64,000 nucleotides of DNA from Octopus vulgaris (GCA_951406725.2 OX597825.1:868001-932000), one strand, 5' to 3'; positions 38,890-53,251 are shown, counted from the first letter of the stretch. Made by a program: numbers and translations. The notes: generated by a model not told the origin, from the letters alone.

Positions 38890-38930
38890 CTTCACTGATG
38901 AGGCCATAAAAAATTGAAACATGTTTTAAG
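38890..38930 (+). ncRNA. Decayed minimal type-I hammerhead motif
   Basis: cttca-CTGATGA-ggccataaaaaatt-GAAACATGT-t-ttaag. Intact core and palindromic helix III (ACATGT); helix II no longer pairs. Confidence 0.45.
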
Positions 38931-40759
38931 AAGTTTTCCGTACTTCTTAAATATAATGATGCTAATACAAGTATATCTAGACATCTAACTAAACTTTTAA
39001 TAAACATTTTGGTTCAATCAAAAATGATTGTAAAATCTAAAAAGTTCCAGTTTTGATATATTTTAATAAAAATGTTGATTTTTATTGTTCATTTTAAATA
39101 TGCTTCTTGCTGAAAGCCTACTGCCCACTCTCTACAAGTTTTGTTTATTATGGTCATTCCTCTCATACTTCCTGCCTTCATCTTTAAACTTAGAATCACT
39201 TCTTTGTCACTTTGATCTGCCAGTCTAGCAATTAAAATTTTAAAGAAATGAAAGCAATGTTGTTCGTGTTGTTCATGTATTGCAAGAAAAACTAATCAAA
39301 GTACTTTCGCATTTTACCATTTCTTAACTTTCAATTTTTATTATAAATGTTTAAAAAGTAATTTCACTAATGTTTTCATTTCCCTTTAATATTTTACAAT
39401 TATATAAGTTCTAATCTTTCTTTAAAAATTAGAAAAGGACACTGGTCAATGTCATATATCAAAACAAGTAAAAGACAATATTCATATATGTATTACATAA
39501 GCCATGAGAAACTCAAATGGTGGTCATCTGCTTTGTAATTGAAAGATTAGCCACTCACTCATAATGTTTTTTTTCTTCTTTTTTTTTTTACTGCTTAATT
39601 ATCTCCAGTCAGCCTTGTCATGATCCTTGCATTAAATACATTATCACTAACTTGATTATTGTTTTTTTTTTTGCCTATAGATGGCATCTTTAGGCTATTT
39701 ATAAATATCCTGTTTGATATTATTGAATATATGATATAATCAATTAAGGACGGGATAAATACTGATTAATTTCTGAAAACATTATCAGTTAATTAGTCAC
39801 TTAAACCTTAAAAACACATCTCTTTTGGAAGTATGTTAAATCTAATTGAAGTCCAGGTTAAGGGTTTGAACCCTTGACGATCATAAAGCTACTTCTAAAG
39901 ATGATAATGTAACTGCCCTAAACCGATGTTTTGAGTTATTTTCATAGGAGAGTAGTAAAGCTTTATGCCGTGGCTTCTACATAATTTATGGAACAAATTT
40001 TACCTGAAACTTAGAACGTTATACAATCTGAGGATAATAAATCAAGTGAAAGCATTGAACTTTGACAGCACCTATCTATACCCACGGAGAAAACTGATTC
40101 CAAATGGGAAGTCTTCGAAGTTTTAGAAGCTCATTAAACATGGAAAGGTCTTGCAAGTTATTTGGAAAATGCTACATAAAACTTTCAAAAGGGATCCATG
40201 CATATGAATACCTACACCCCACTGACATTTCACACAACTCGGATCCATTACTTTGAGGGGTCACTGAATCAAAAGCAGACAACCAGTTTTTGTTTAGAAT
40301 AAACATTTTACAGATAAAGTAAATCATTTCTCTCTCACAAGCTGATTAACATAGAAATCAATTAAGACAGTTTCTGATCATAATTCTATTTAATAAGCTC
40401 TTGATAATCTGTGTGCCAAACATCAACTTAATAATGGGAAAAGTTATTTTACTACATTCCTCAAATACTTGATTATTTTCAAAATTAATTGGAAAACACA
40501 GGCATTAGAAATAAATTAATGAAAAACATAAAATGAAAACCTATATTAAAGTCCATACAGAATTTAGAACCCACCACCTATGTCCAACTTAAGTTTTAAC
40601 TTATAGTTTATGTCTCAAGTATTTGTTATGGATAATTTCAGATATATGATGACACATACGTTATATAGTCATTTACATTATAAAATTCACATGAATCACC
40701 GAAAGCTTTTATTTATAAAATAAAATTGAAATTTGAAAATATAAATAGTACTTCATTAT

Positions 40760-40960
40760 TATCACTGTTTAACACTAGTTTTCTATGCTAGCCTAGGTTG
40801 GATGGTTTCACAGGGGCTGGCAAGCCAGAGAACTTGTCACGAACTCTAATGTCTGTTTTGGCAGGGTTTCTTCAGCTGAATGTCCTTTCTAATGCCAATC
40901 CCTTTGCAAAGTGGACTGGGTTCCTTTTAAATGACACTAATGAAGCTACCAAGTGACTTG
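40760..40960 (-). mobile_element. Older RTE-type 3' tail
   Basis: tgtttaacactagttttctatgctagcctaggttggatgg..ttcagctgaatgtcctttctaatgccaa. Confidence 0.65.
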
Positions 40961-43900
40961 CAAGACAAGACTCTTCAAGGGAGGTGGGTGTAGTATTGAG
41001 GAAAGTTGATTGATGCTAGGTGGTGAGAAGTTAGTGTTAAAGTATGATAAAGGGGTGAAAACAGGTATCTTGCTTTCCTTGGTAACAATGAAAGATAGAA
41101 AAGAATTGGAAACCTTTTTTAACATAGGAAGTTACTTCACCAAAATGGTAAAAGAGTAAATATTTTAGACAGAGTATGCACAAAGGAAAACGAATTTTGT
41201 ATTTGTAGCAATTTTTCTAAGAATGAGTAAATATTTTACAAGTTAAGAAAACCTATAACTAGCAGTCAAACCAAATAAACAAAAATGGTCATTGAATTAC
41301 ACTCAAGGCAAAAATTAAAAGAAAACTGCATTTTACATAAATTATAAAGATATTTACATAATATATGCTGTTATTTACCAAAATTAACAGTGGGTTATTC
41401 TTAATCCCCTATATAAAGAAAAATTCCAGCTTTTTTCTTAAATTTTCTTGGACATCTATATACTTTACTTTTCTTATTGGATTTTGTGAACCTGTCCAAT
41501 CCTGCATTTTCAATCACGAGAGTGCGACAAAGGACTGTCTGTGCAACCAGAGCAGTATAAATGCAACAAGGTACTTTGATGCACCAGTTTATTAAATTCC
41601 TTACTAATACACACACACACACACACACAATGAACTTTCAAATAGTTTTTTATTTGACTATTATACAGTTTCTGCATGTCATTCCCAAGGCATGGACCAA
41701 CAATCTGAAGCTACAGTAGAAAACACTTGTCGAAAATTATTTGAAGAAGATAATTCATCTTGAATCAAATTCTTGTAGAAAATGAACAAAGAAGATGGAT
41801 GTGGCACCATCATGGGTAGAGCCATCTTTGCCAGAACCAATTCAAAGAGTGAATGAACACCAACGATTTGATAGCAATGCTAGAATGTTTGTATAAGACT
41901 GGACTTTGAAAATATTTGACATAAATAAATGATACAACAACAAAGATACAGAGCACGAAAACCTTGCAGAAGATAAATATCAGACGGAATTGGCCACCAT
42001 CATAGGAAAAAAGGGAAAAAAAATTCAACTAATCAATCAATTAAAAAAACTGGACTTAATTAATGTTAGAAGAACTACGCATGACAAACGGCAGTTTATT
42101 ATGCAAGAAAGAACTCATTAAGAATAAACTGGTATTTATGAGGTTGTTGTTATTGTTGTTCAGCCATAGGTTAACACCAACTGAGCAAACCTATAGTCAA
42201 AGATGTTCCAGCCATGACTGTCCCATATTTTTAGAAGTATCTAAGACTACATTATATAAAAATGACCTTCCTTTTTAAGATGAAAGGATAGGATTTGAAG
42301 GACATTTGGCAGCCATTTCTAACATTGCTATTCATTTTGTGATGCAAAATCAACATGAAATACGTATTTCATAATTTGTTTCAACTGAGAGGATACTTAC
42401 AATCTAACCGTTTAATTAAATTATTAATTTTAGTGCTAACAGACAGATATAATCAAGAACATTCAATCTGTAACCATTCATCTAGGATTATATATGCAAT
42501 TTGTCCTTGTTTTTGTTTGTTGTTGCTTGACTCCACATTGGCCCTGATCAAGATGTGGTCATCCAATCATTTTATTTTATTTCAGATACAGTTTATCTGG
42601 GATTAGATTATTCAGTGTGTTCTTTTTATTTTGTATTTTATCTTTTATTTGATGGTATGGTTTAGTTTGAATGGGATTTGACTGCTACTTCTTGCAAGTT
42701 CAGTGACTACATAGAAGCTTCAGTTCAGAATAGATAAAGATTGAATACAGTTTTATGTGGGAATGATTTTTCTAGCTGTATTACGTAATAATGTAGAATC
42801 ATACTAGCTGTATTATATGGCAGAATTGTAACATGATATTATTATTATTATTATCAATATTAATAAGGCAGTAAATAGGTAAAAATATTAGCACATTGAA
42901 CAAAATGCTTTTTGGCATTTTGTCCGTCTTTACGTTCTAAGTTCAAATTTCACCAAGGTTGACTTTGCCCTTCATTCTTTTAAGGTCAATAAATTAAGTA
43001 CCAGTTAACTACTGAGGTCAGTGTAATCAATCTACTCTCTCCCCCAAAATTGCTCACCTTATTAAGGCAGCAAGCAGCAGAAACATTAGCAGATCAAACA
43101 AAATGCTTAATGGCATCTTGTCCGTCTTAAGTACAGATTCTGCCATGGTTGACATTGGCTTTTGTTCTTTTGAGGTCAAGGTAATCATCCAGCCTCTCGC
43201 CCAAAACTGCTGGTCTTCTGCCAAAATTCGAAACCTTTATTACTATCATTATTATTATTATTACACTTGTATTACAGAATTACTAGCAGCTGGTCAAAAT
43301 TCCAACACTGAAGTTTTTAAGCTAATCTAATAACAATGTGGTGAACTGGGATGCCCTTGATTGTAGATCTGCTTGATCAGTCTACCTGGAGTCAAACAAC
43401 AACAACCTAAGAATGTAGAAAGGAATTACAGATGTGAAGAATGCATACGAACTGATGCCTTTGAATCCAATGGTGTCAATTAATATTCTTCATGGCTGAT
43501 AAGGGTTAAAGTTTTCAAATTGTTATAGAAATGTGGTTAATAAAAAGGACTGTATGCTGAATAAGTTTCCTTTTCAACAATGGTTCTAGATTTGATCTCA
43601 CTGCTTGGTAGCTTAGGTAGATGTCTTCTAGAAAAGACCTGGGCTGGCTTGTATCTTCTAGGTGGAATTAAAAGGTGGAGGCTGCATGGATGTCTGTCTG
43701 TCTGTCTGTCTGTCACGCATGCACACACACATCACTGATATATATTTATGAGAGGTAAATATCTGCAGGAAACCCCTAAAACCAGTGCTATTCAGACAAA
43801 GTTCCTTGTGATATTTCTTCCACACTCAGTTGCTAACACTCCCTTGTCACAATCACCATCTGAAATGCAATGAATCAATGACTGGCCCATTGGAGATCTA

Positions 43901-44825
43901 TAAGTAGGGATCACCAATTGTGGTGCAAAAATAAACAAAAATGAAGTAGGTGCTTGTTATGTATCATCATAATGTATATTGCTTATATATTTTCCACAAA
44001 AGAAAAATGCAAGAAAGCTCTCAATGGCACACATTTTATCACACATGCAAACGTATGTACATGCTATAATATATGTGTACTAAAACATAATATGACATAC
44101 ATATAATATAATATAATTTATACACACACACACACGCATACACAACAGGCCTCTGCACAGTTTCTATGTGCCTAAATGTTATTGTTACTCCATAGTTTAA
44201 AGTCGATATAATTAAGCATTATGTTCGTTACCCACAGAAGAGTATATTTGAGCAGAGCACAATATTTAGCTTGTACATAACGAGACATATTGTACACATA
44301 ATCCATTAACTAAATTCCATTAAGATGACCTTTAAGATTTGCATACTCTAATGAGGAAACCATTCACACAATGACATCTCTTTTCCTTTAGTCAAAAGAA
44401 TTTAATTACATTTCCTAAAAGAGTTTATGATATTGAGCATATATTCTTTTACTGACATCAGTCATTGGATGTGACTATGCCATGGAAATGGTGTAGGGGA
44501 TTACATAGTCAATTCTATGACAAAGTCCATTATAATAACTCTAGTAATCATCTTATTGTTCAGAGCTTATTCCAACCTCAGAAGGATGAAAGGTAAAGTG
44601 AACCTCAGTGAAATTTGAAGTGAGAGCATAAAGGTTTTTCAATAAATACAAGGCATTTTGTCAAAGACTTTACTGACTGATTTTGTCCCCCACCTGCGTA
44701 TATAGATTTTTAATTAATTGCTTTCGTTTTTATGAGAAATTATTTAATATGCAAGTATCAACATGGTCAACATTATGCTTTTATTAGAGGCTTTTTATTG
44801 ACATTAACATCTTAATATTTGAATT

Positions 44826-44912
44826 CATGTGTGTGTGAGCATGTGTGTGTGAGCATGTGTGTGTGAGCATGTGTGTGTGAGCATGTGTGTGTGAGCATGT
44901 GTGTGTGTGTGT
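44826..44912. repeat. 14-bp minisatellite (catgtgtgtgtgag), about 5 copies, running into (GT)n
   Basis: Direct inspection. Confidence 0.92.
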
Positions 44913-46407
44913 GTTTGTAGTGTGCTTCTGTGTGTATCTGTACTCGTGTTGTACAAGAGTCTTCATTCGAGAAGGACTTAAGCATAAAAGTTTACTGCTT
45001 AATCAATTACATCCCCACTTTTTATGAGAAATTAAAATAATTATACAAGGAACAATTAGATTTTCACCTCCATTAAAAGGATCAGCTTTTAGAATTACTT
45101 TACTTCTAATCCCTTGAATTTATTTTATTTGGTGTAGTTTATTCCACCGAATATTTGTTGGTCCACACTACCTGCAGTCACTAAGAGTTCTAGTAGTAAG
45201 TCCACTTATCTATATTCATGATCAATTAGTCAATCCAATTGTGTAGGAAGTCTTTATCTCAGCTGATTGACAAAACATTATTAATTGCTACAAAGATAAC
45301 AGTGAAGATATATTGGAGAAGAGATTCTTAATTACAATATTAATCATGGTTTTTATTGTAGAACTAATCAAGCTATGCTTAATAAGAACTAATTATAGAT
45401 GTAAATGATAGAGTTCAAAGTTGAACATGGCCAAGATTAAGATATTAACTAGTAATGGAGAGAGCCATTAAAATCAGAGAGCTTGCAGGAAATTACCATT
45501 CCTTGTATGCAATAAAATGAGAGGCAATAAGTCAATTATTCTGATTAAGAATATACCTAATAAATGTATGATTAAAACAACGAGACTTCTAGTAGCCCAG
45601 TTAGAAAGCAAAACCCTTTTGGTGCCCCACATGAATTCCTGTAATGAAAAAGATAAGAAGCCAGTCACTGAAAGTCATACATACCTATAGAACAATTTTG
45701 GAGTTGAAACCATTGAATGTATCTAAGGGATGTTGTTGTTGTTGATGTTGTTGTTTTACTGCATGTCATCTTGATTGTGCTGATTTATGACCAAAGAAAT
45801 TCCAGTTGCATTCATCTCCCATCTTTCTTTTAGACAGTATACCTGGGACTATGCCATCCAACAGATCCTTATATTTTTAAGCTGGCAGGGTGTCATTTCA
45901 AGAGATTTTCTTTTCCATACATACTGAGCAATAGTTTAAAGGCCTTTTACATTGCTTGTATTTAAGGGTTTTTGATATAAACACTTAAAGAATAAAGTCT
46001 GGGGAACCCTTAACTCTGATGGAGTGTAGACTAAGGCATTTTATCATCTGAACACATTGTCTACCAACATAGTTTTGACACAAGTTCCCATTTTGTTATA
46101 AAGGAATATTACCATTTTGTCTTCTTTAGGGAGCATTTAGAACTATACTTTCAGTACATCCTTTCTTTTTCAAGAAGTTTAATTTCATAGTGCATTGGCT
46201 GCTGTTTCTAGCAGGTTTAGTAGCAAAGGGAAAAGCGGTTAGTGTAGAGGATGGAGTTTGAGAGGAGGTCCAGGAACCTTTATCTAGACCAAATAAAGTT
46301 GTGGAAGATCCTTGCAAACATTATGCTGTTCTCTTCTGCAAAGTACTTCAATCTATTTGTAATCAACCCAGTGACAGACGAATAGCTTAATTGTCATTAA
46401 AAAAAAT

Positions 46408-46822
46408 TGTTGTTGTTGTATAACCCCAGGTCAGTGTTGATTGAGCAAACCTATGACGAAAGGCATTTTAGCGGCAACTATACTCTTTTCAGGAATAATG
46501 TACCCTAGACTACATTAGGCAACTTATATTTTCTAAAATGGTAGAATGTGGTGAGAAAGAGATTTAGCTGTTATTTCTAGCAAGTCAGTGAATCTGTAGA
46601 GGTTCACACACTGCCTCTGCCATAAATGTTGTTGTTGCTGCTTAGCCCCTGGTTAGTCCTGATGATCAACTGCAGACCAGAGATCAACTGTGACAATCCA
46701 GTTTTTATTCAGAAATAGGACTACATTATCCAATTGTATTTCATTTAAAAGAAAATACTACAGTGAAACATGGGAAGTTTGGTTGTAATTTCCAGCAAAT
46801 TCAATGACCATGTAGAAGTTTC
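46408..46822 (-). mobile_element. Two adjacent family D repeats
   Basis: Each begins (ttg)n..ccccaggtcag and ends tttctagcaa..gtagagg. Confidence 0.65.
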
Positions 46823-48043
46823 ATTGTTGTATGCAACTCAGAACATTTCTAACTTGTCAGGATTTGTTTTATAAACGATGATAAATTATTTGTCTAACCA
46901 GATTAGTGAAAATGCTTTTATTTACACACAAAATCCCACTTCACACAATTGTTCACACATCATGTGCAAAACACACACACACTCACAATCACAATCACAT
47001 ATGAGCATATACATCTGTATAAGCAGAATCTGTACATGTATATATGTACACATGTATGTATGCATTCACAAACATATACAAGCTTTCACCCACACATATG
47101 CACAAACATACATACAATTCAATTACACACATCCATACATAAAACCTCATTCTCTCTCTCTGTCACACACATCATTTATAAGCATGGATACACACACACA
47201 CACACACACTCATGTACATGCACACACAGATACATGCATTTATGCATGAAGCCTCACCTCCATGCATACATGTTCTTTTTAATAAGAATTACATTCTTAG
47301 AAATGGTTATAGGTTACTCTAAGTTGTTTTGTCTCAAACTGGTCCTGACTGAGCAGGTGTATGGTCAAAGACATTCCATTCATGATCCTTCCATTTAATT
47401 TTCAAACAAATCCCATCTAGGAATACATTACCCTATATGTCATTCCCTTATTAAAATGTTAAGGTATGAATTAAAGAAAATTTGGCTGCTATGTCTAAAA
47501 GCTGGTACAACCAAGTAGAACCTTTCCCATTGGTTACTGTTACTCTAAGTATTTTGAAAGTACTGCATAAATGTTCATATATAGATAAAATGCTAGCTAC
47601 TGTTAAGAGTTTAAGAATTCTGAATCTCAGTAACGAATGCACTTTATAAGTAAACATGCAGGTATTTGCAGAGATAAGCGTGGTTTGCTTACTAAGACTG
47701 TTTTAATAGCAGTAATGTTCAAACAATACCAGTATACATCTTGCAGAATGCAAATAAACTTAGTTACTTACCTGAATTTAACCTGTTCAGTTCAATTCAT
47801 GCCTTTGACATGTTACATTTATCTTCTGTGAAAGAAGTGTTTCCAAATATTACTTGGCTTTTATCCTAAATCTATACTGAAGAATCTTCTATGGTTTCTT
47901 AGCCAACTAAGTGTGCCAGAAAACAACATGGTAACCAAATTCTACTATATAATAGAAGAGATCTCTATCAGTCTACATGTTGTACATGACATCACCTAAA
48001 AATACTAATTCATTTAAGTTTATTTGTAAATTCAAAGGCTCCA

Positions 48044-48089
<46 letters not shown>

Positions 48090-48092
<3 letters not shown>

Positions 48093-48253
48093 GAATAAAG
48101 GAGAACAGAGGTTTATACCCAGTTTTATTCAGCAGTTAATCACTTCTTTTCATGTCTGCACCTACACCTGTTTCTGAAGAAGTGTACATTAATTGCTGTA
48201 GAAACAGGTGTAGGTGCAGAAATGAAAAGAAGTAATTAACTGCTGAATAAAAC
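48090..48253. mobile_element. Penelope-type pLTR fold-back (arms 48122-48175 and 48200-48253) centred on a hammerhead-like core
   Basis: CTGAAGA (48174-48180)..taca(ttaattgc)tgta-GAAACAGGTGTA-ggtgca. The minus arm runs into (TA)n. Confidence 0.7.
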
Positions 48254-48407
48254 CCTTCAAGCCTACTCCCCAGCAGAGCCCCAGTGCAATGACTGAAAAA
48301 GGGAATAAGGGAAGCAATATACAATGGACATACATTACATCTGTATTGTAGTTCAGCTGCAGATGGCAATCTCATCATTATATACATACATTTTATGTAT
48401 GTATGTA

Positions 48408-48550
48408 TCATCATCATCATCGTTTAGCGTCCGCTTTCCATGCTAGCATGGGTTGGACGGTTCAACTGGGGTCTAGGAAGCCAGAAGGCTGCACCAGGCC
48501 CAGTCTGATCTGGCAATGTTTCTATGGCTGGATGCCCTTCCTAATGCCAA
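48408..48550 (-). mobile_element. RTE LINE 3' tail
   Basis: catcatcgtttagcgtccgctttccatgctagcatgggttggacgg. Confidence 0.9.
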
Positions 48551-48799
48551 TTTGCAGAAACTGCAACTCTGAATTACACATTTTACCAGTTTTCAAGAAA
48601 TACAATTAATGAATCCAATAAACTTAGATTTATACATCAAACTTTTGAATCAGTAACGAGAGAAAACTTTTTGATTCGATTAGAGTGTGTCAAAGTATTA
48701 TGCAAAGCTTGTTGACATTTACTCATTAAGCAGTTTGGAATATTAAAAAAACCAAAAAATCGAGTGTGAAATACATGTTAAGAAAAGAAATGCAAGTTT

Positions 48800-50160
48800 T
48801 TATTTGGTGCATGTTATGAAGTTGTTTGGCATTTACCAAAATCGAGGAATGGGGCTTGCAGCTATCCTACCAGAGATGGTGGTTACAATCTTGACACACA
48901 GAATTAGGAATGATCAAGACCCCTGGATTTCTGTGGCATTACACTAATTTCAGGAAACTAACCAGCTAAAGGTGTTTCCTATTTACAGCATAGAGGATGG
49001 CTGATTGTAAATACTGAAGTTTTTCTTTATGAAGAATGCACCACGGAATTTAGATTTGTGATAAGTGACACCAAAGTAATAGCTAGATTCAGAGGCATTT
49101 GATAATCTTGAGAAATAAATTATGGAACTTGAAAAATCCTTCAGACCAATACAGATTCAAAGTATAAGGTGGTTTGTATGTTGGAGAGAAGGAAATAGAG
49201 ACAACTGGGTGTTTCTACAGAAAATTTGTTGAGCACCATGTTCTAATTAGATTGAAGGTGGAATGCTTGTGGAATTGTGCAATCATAAAATCTAACAAAA
49301 AGTTTGGAAAGAAAAGAAGGGAAGCAAGAAATGATATTAGGAAACTAGAAAAGAAGCTGGATGTCAGGCATACACCTAAAAGAAGCAGAAAGTAAATGAT
49401 TTGCTAATATTCCGCAACGTGAGAGAGTGGAGTATTCTATGTTGCCAAGCAGTGTATTAATATGTATCAGTATGAATCAGAAGGGCATTTTTTATAAATG
49501 TGCCTGTAATGGTGCAGATGGAGCAGCCTCCCTGATCTGACAAGGAGGCATGGAAGTTGTTACAACGAAATGTGGTTGACTCAGAAGAATACATAAGAAA
49601 TAAAGAAACTTACACCCAATAAATTCAACATTGGGACCCGCTGACATTTATGAACATGATTAAATCATGAAAGCTTATCTGATTAAAAAGAGAACTAGAT
49701 GAGCTACAGTTTGGGTTTATACATAGATTGTGTGCTAATTATACCCTCTTCCAAGTGAAGTAACAAAAGTACTTAGCTAGGAGTAAGTCACTCTATGAAG
49801 CTCCTGTCAATCTGGCGGTGTCCTTTGATGGGATTCCACATTCTGTAGTATGGTGGTCACTAAGAAATGAAGGGACAGATGAATGACTTGTGAGAACCAC
49901 GCAAGCCATGTACAGAAGTGTCATCAATAATGCAAGAAAATTCAGCTAGCCATCAGTGTACACATTAAGGCTCAGTTCTCAGCCCCATTTCTTTATTATA
50001 GCCTTCCTGGTCAAGTACAGATGAGTTTAAGATCAGATGTTTACAGGAACTACTGTTTGCCAGTGATTTAGTTCAAATAACTGAATTTGTGTGGAAGAAT
50101 ATAAAGAAGAAATTGCAAATGAGGGAGCAAAATCTAGAATTAAGGTGTCTTAATGTAAAC
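48800..50160 (+). pseudogene. Heavily decayed RTE-clade LINE endonuclease/reverse-transcriptase region
   Basis: Recoverable motifs ELQFGF (about 49701), VNLAVSFDGIPHSVVWWSLRNEGTDE*LVRTTQAMY (49806; typical VDLEKAFDRVP..W..LR), GSVLSP (about 49969) and ELLFASDLV (about 50047; YADD equivalent). Confidence 0.8.
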
Positions 50161-51618
50161 CAAATCATCTCATTTTCACATCTACATTTTCATGCTTGAA
50201 TGGGTCAAACAGAATTCATTGGGGCAGATTTTCCATGGCTGGATACATGGTCTAACCCCTATTCTTCACTTGTTTTCAAGTAAGGTAATATTAAATGTGC
50301 TTTCATAGGAAATTGGAAATACATAACACCACTCGTACGATGGTGGCATCTGCTCAGAAGTGTCACATGATTTTAAGACAGGGGAACACTCACACGCATA
50401 AACACACCCACACATATATGAAGGGCTTCTTCCAGTATTCATCAACAAAATCCACTCAAAATGGATTGGTGCCCTAGGGCTATAATATGATACACTTGCT
50501 TAAGGTGCCACACAAGGGGACTGAACCCCAAAACATGAGGTTTGGAAGTGAATTTCTTAAACGACATAGTCATGCATACCTATCAAAGTTGGCAGTAAAG
50601 AAGATGTAGCCACATGAAAAAGGGGAGGTGGGAATTCCATACTTTATCCTGTATAAACTACAGGTTCACAAGAGTTTTGTGGGATCACAGGGAGCCCCCA
50701 GATGTACAAGAGCAGTTAGTTGTAAGAGCAGTGATGAAATAAATTTTTCAGATGCTTAGAGGACTCCTCAGCTGATGGTTTCTGTAACCTAGGAGACCTA
50801 TTTATCTATGAAGGAATGTGTTCTGAAAGTACCATAGCTTATGTCAAAAATAAGGTGGAAAATGTTGGGGAAGCTAAAGAACTTTCTCATCAAGTGAAAG
50901 GAAAATTGTATGTTGAATCTAGAACAACTTCCATTAATTTCTCTGCTTTCAACATCTTGTGACGATGGTGGTTATATGCATGTAGTTTTCTACTTCTGGG
51001 TCTTCAGTAGCGCCTCAGTGTATGTGTGTGTGTGCATGCATGTGTGTATGTGTTTGTGGAGTGTGTGTTTAGGGTGGAGTGTGTGTGCCATTTCTGGCAT
51101 TTGTTTTATAAGATTCTTGATAGGAAAGCATAAGTTGAAACAGATATTGTTATGTGTTGAGAGCCTCATTCTGCCAATAAAACCACACACACAGGCTGTA
51201 GTTCACTTATTAGTAATAAATTGATTAATTAATGATTAGTTTGTCGAACCGGGTATTGTAACGACTGCCTACATAAGGGAGATGACAATAAAAAAACAAA
51301 AGCAAATGTGTATCTATTTGTAAAAACTAAAAGAAGAGTACAGATGTTCTGTACTCTAAACGCAAAAAGGACACAAGTACTTCAATTTCAACTCAACACA
51401 TGTTTGTGCACATATACACTTGCATGCACACAATAAAATGTATGTATAAATACTAGACACATAAAAAGAGATCTTTGAGAATGCTACGGTTGTGTGCTGA
51501 GAGACTTGGACAAACCAATCAAAAATTAATTAAATCAATATTGATAAAGAAATAAATTACAATCAGAGCATGTGATTTTATTAGCTGAATACCTCCCCAC
51601 AGAGTTCTGCTGTACGTG

Positions 51619-51724
<106 letters not shown>

Positions 51725-52005
51725 ATGTGTGTGTGTCTGTGTATACATATATGTATGCATACATATATGCACATACATACACGTACATGCATATACACAC
51801 ACACACATGCATATGGAGATGAATATCAACACTCCCATATGGCACTCTTGAACAATGTTAAAGATCTTTTCACATGAAACCATTGGTTGCTTTCTCAACA
51901 CACAAATAAAATTTACATAAATACATATATAAGGTATGTGTATGCAAATAAATACACACACACATATAAATACATACATACATACACACACATCTACATG
52001 CATAT

Positions 52006-52048
<43 letters not shown>

Positions 52049-52246
52049 TTATGTACTGTTCTGATATAAAATTCAACAAAAAAGTGCTGCATCTGGTGCA
52101 CATATTGTGTACTTAAAGGACCCAACATGTCTTTAAGTGCTACTAACAGTTTCTTATGTTGAGAAATATTTCAAACAAACTCATAATATATTGTGTCCTT
52201 TGAATAAATAATACACACACACACACACACACAAGGCGAAGACAAC

Positions 52247-53040
52247 CATCATCATCATCATCGTTTAACGTCCACTTTCCATGCTAGTATGGGTTGGACG
52301 ATTTAACTGAGGTCTGGCTAACCAGATGGCTGCACCAGGCTTCAATCTGATCTGGCGGAGTTTCTACAGCTGGATGCCCAACCACTCCGAGAGTGTAGTG
52401 GGTGCTTTTACATGCCACCAGCATGAGGGCCAGTCAGGTGGTACTGGCAAAGACTTCACTTGAATGTTTTTTCACGTGCCACCGGCATTTTTACGCTCCA
52501 CCAGCATGGAAGCCAGTCAGCTGCTCTGGCAATGATCACGCTCGGATATTGCGCTTAGTGCTCCACTTGCACGGGTGCCAGTCATTGAATTTGATTCAAT
52601 TTTGATTTCACTTGCCTCAACAGGTCTTCGCAAGCAGAGTTTAGTGTCCAATGAAGGAAAGATATGCAGAAGTGGGTTGGTTACACCCCTGGCATAGGCC
52701 ACGGGTTATGGTCTCACTTGGCTTGCCGAGTCTTCTCAAGCACAGCATATTTCCAATGGTACCAGTCACTAGGCATTGCCTCGGTGAGGCTTAATGTTCA
52801 AAGGTCGTGCTTCACCACCTCATCCCAGGTCTTCCTGGGTCTACCTCTTCCACAAGTTCCCTCAACCGCTAGGGTATCACCATACCAGTGCAGTCGTCTC
52901 TCTTGCACAACACATCTGATGCTTCTTAGGTCCAACTTTTCTCTCAAGGTACTTACACTCTGTCGAGTATGCACACTGACATTACACACCTAGTGGAGCA
53001 TACTGACTTCATTCCTTGTGAGCTTACGCATGTCCTCAGC
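52247..53040 (-). mobile_element. 5'-truncated RTE LINE: ORF C-terminus, 3' UTR and (ATG)n tail
   Basis: CNVSVHTRQSVSTLREKLDLRSIRCVVQERRLHWYG..VEGTCGRGRPRKTWDEVVKHDL is contiguous with the repeat-containing UTR and tail. This copy links the abundant tail repeat to an RTE. Confidence 0.92.
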
Positions 53041-53062
53041 AATGCTCAGGAAGGTGAGGAAG

Positions 53063-53100
53063 TCTTTTACGTTTTGAGCCTACGCTCTTCAATAGAAAGA
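53063..53100 (-). ncRNA. Degenerate minimal type-I hammerhead motif in a short pLTR-like repeat (about 53042-53160)
   Basis: Minus strand TCTTT-ctattgaa-GAGC(gtag)GCTC-aAAACGT-A-AAAGA. Helices I and II and palindromic helix III (ACGT) all pair; the core is mutated. Confidence 0.55.
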
Positions 53101-53176
53101 AACATGACAAAATAAACAGAGAGAGAATGAAAAAGCTTTAGTGGCAAGCAGTCAATTATGGTGGAAGTAAAAATTG

Positions 53177-53248
<72 letters not shown>
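53177..53248. repeat. (GT)n(GA)n microsatellite
   Basis: Direct inspection. Confidence 0.95.

Positions 53249-53251
<3 letters not shown>

Noticed and set aside
41391-41570. Possible 180-bp symmetric plus-strand exon (cag|...aag|gtactt) encoding GLFLIPY...CLCNQSSINAT
   Set aside because: Weak polypyrimidine tract and donor, no recognisable domain and no partner exons. RNA-seq would be needed.
47772-47825. Minus-strand 54-bp exon-like segment (ctttcacag|...cag|gtaagt); similar donor at 55072
   Set aside because: Stops in all three frames. It could be a non-coding exon but cannot be supported from sequence alone.
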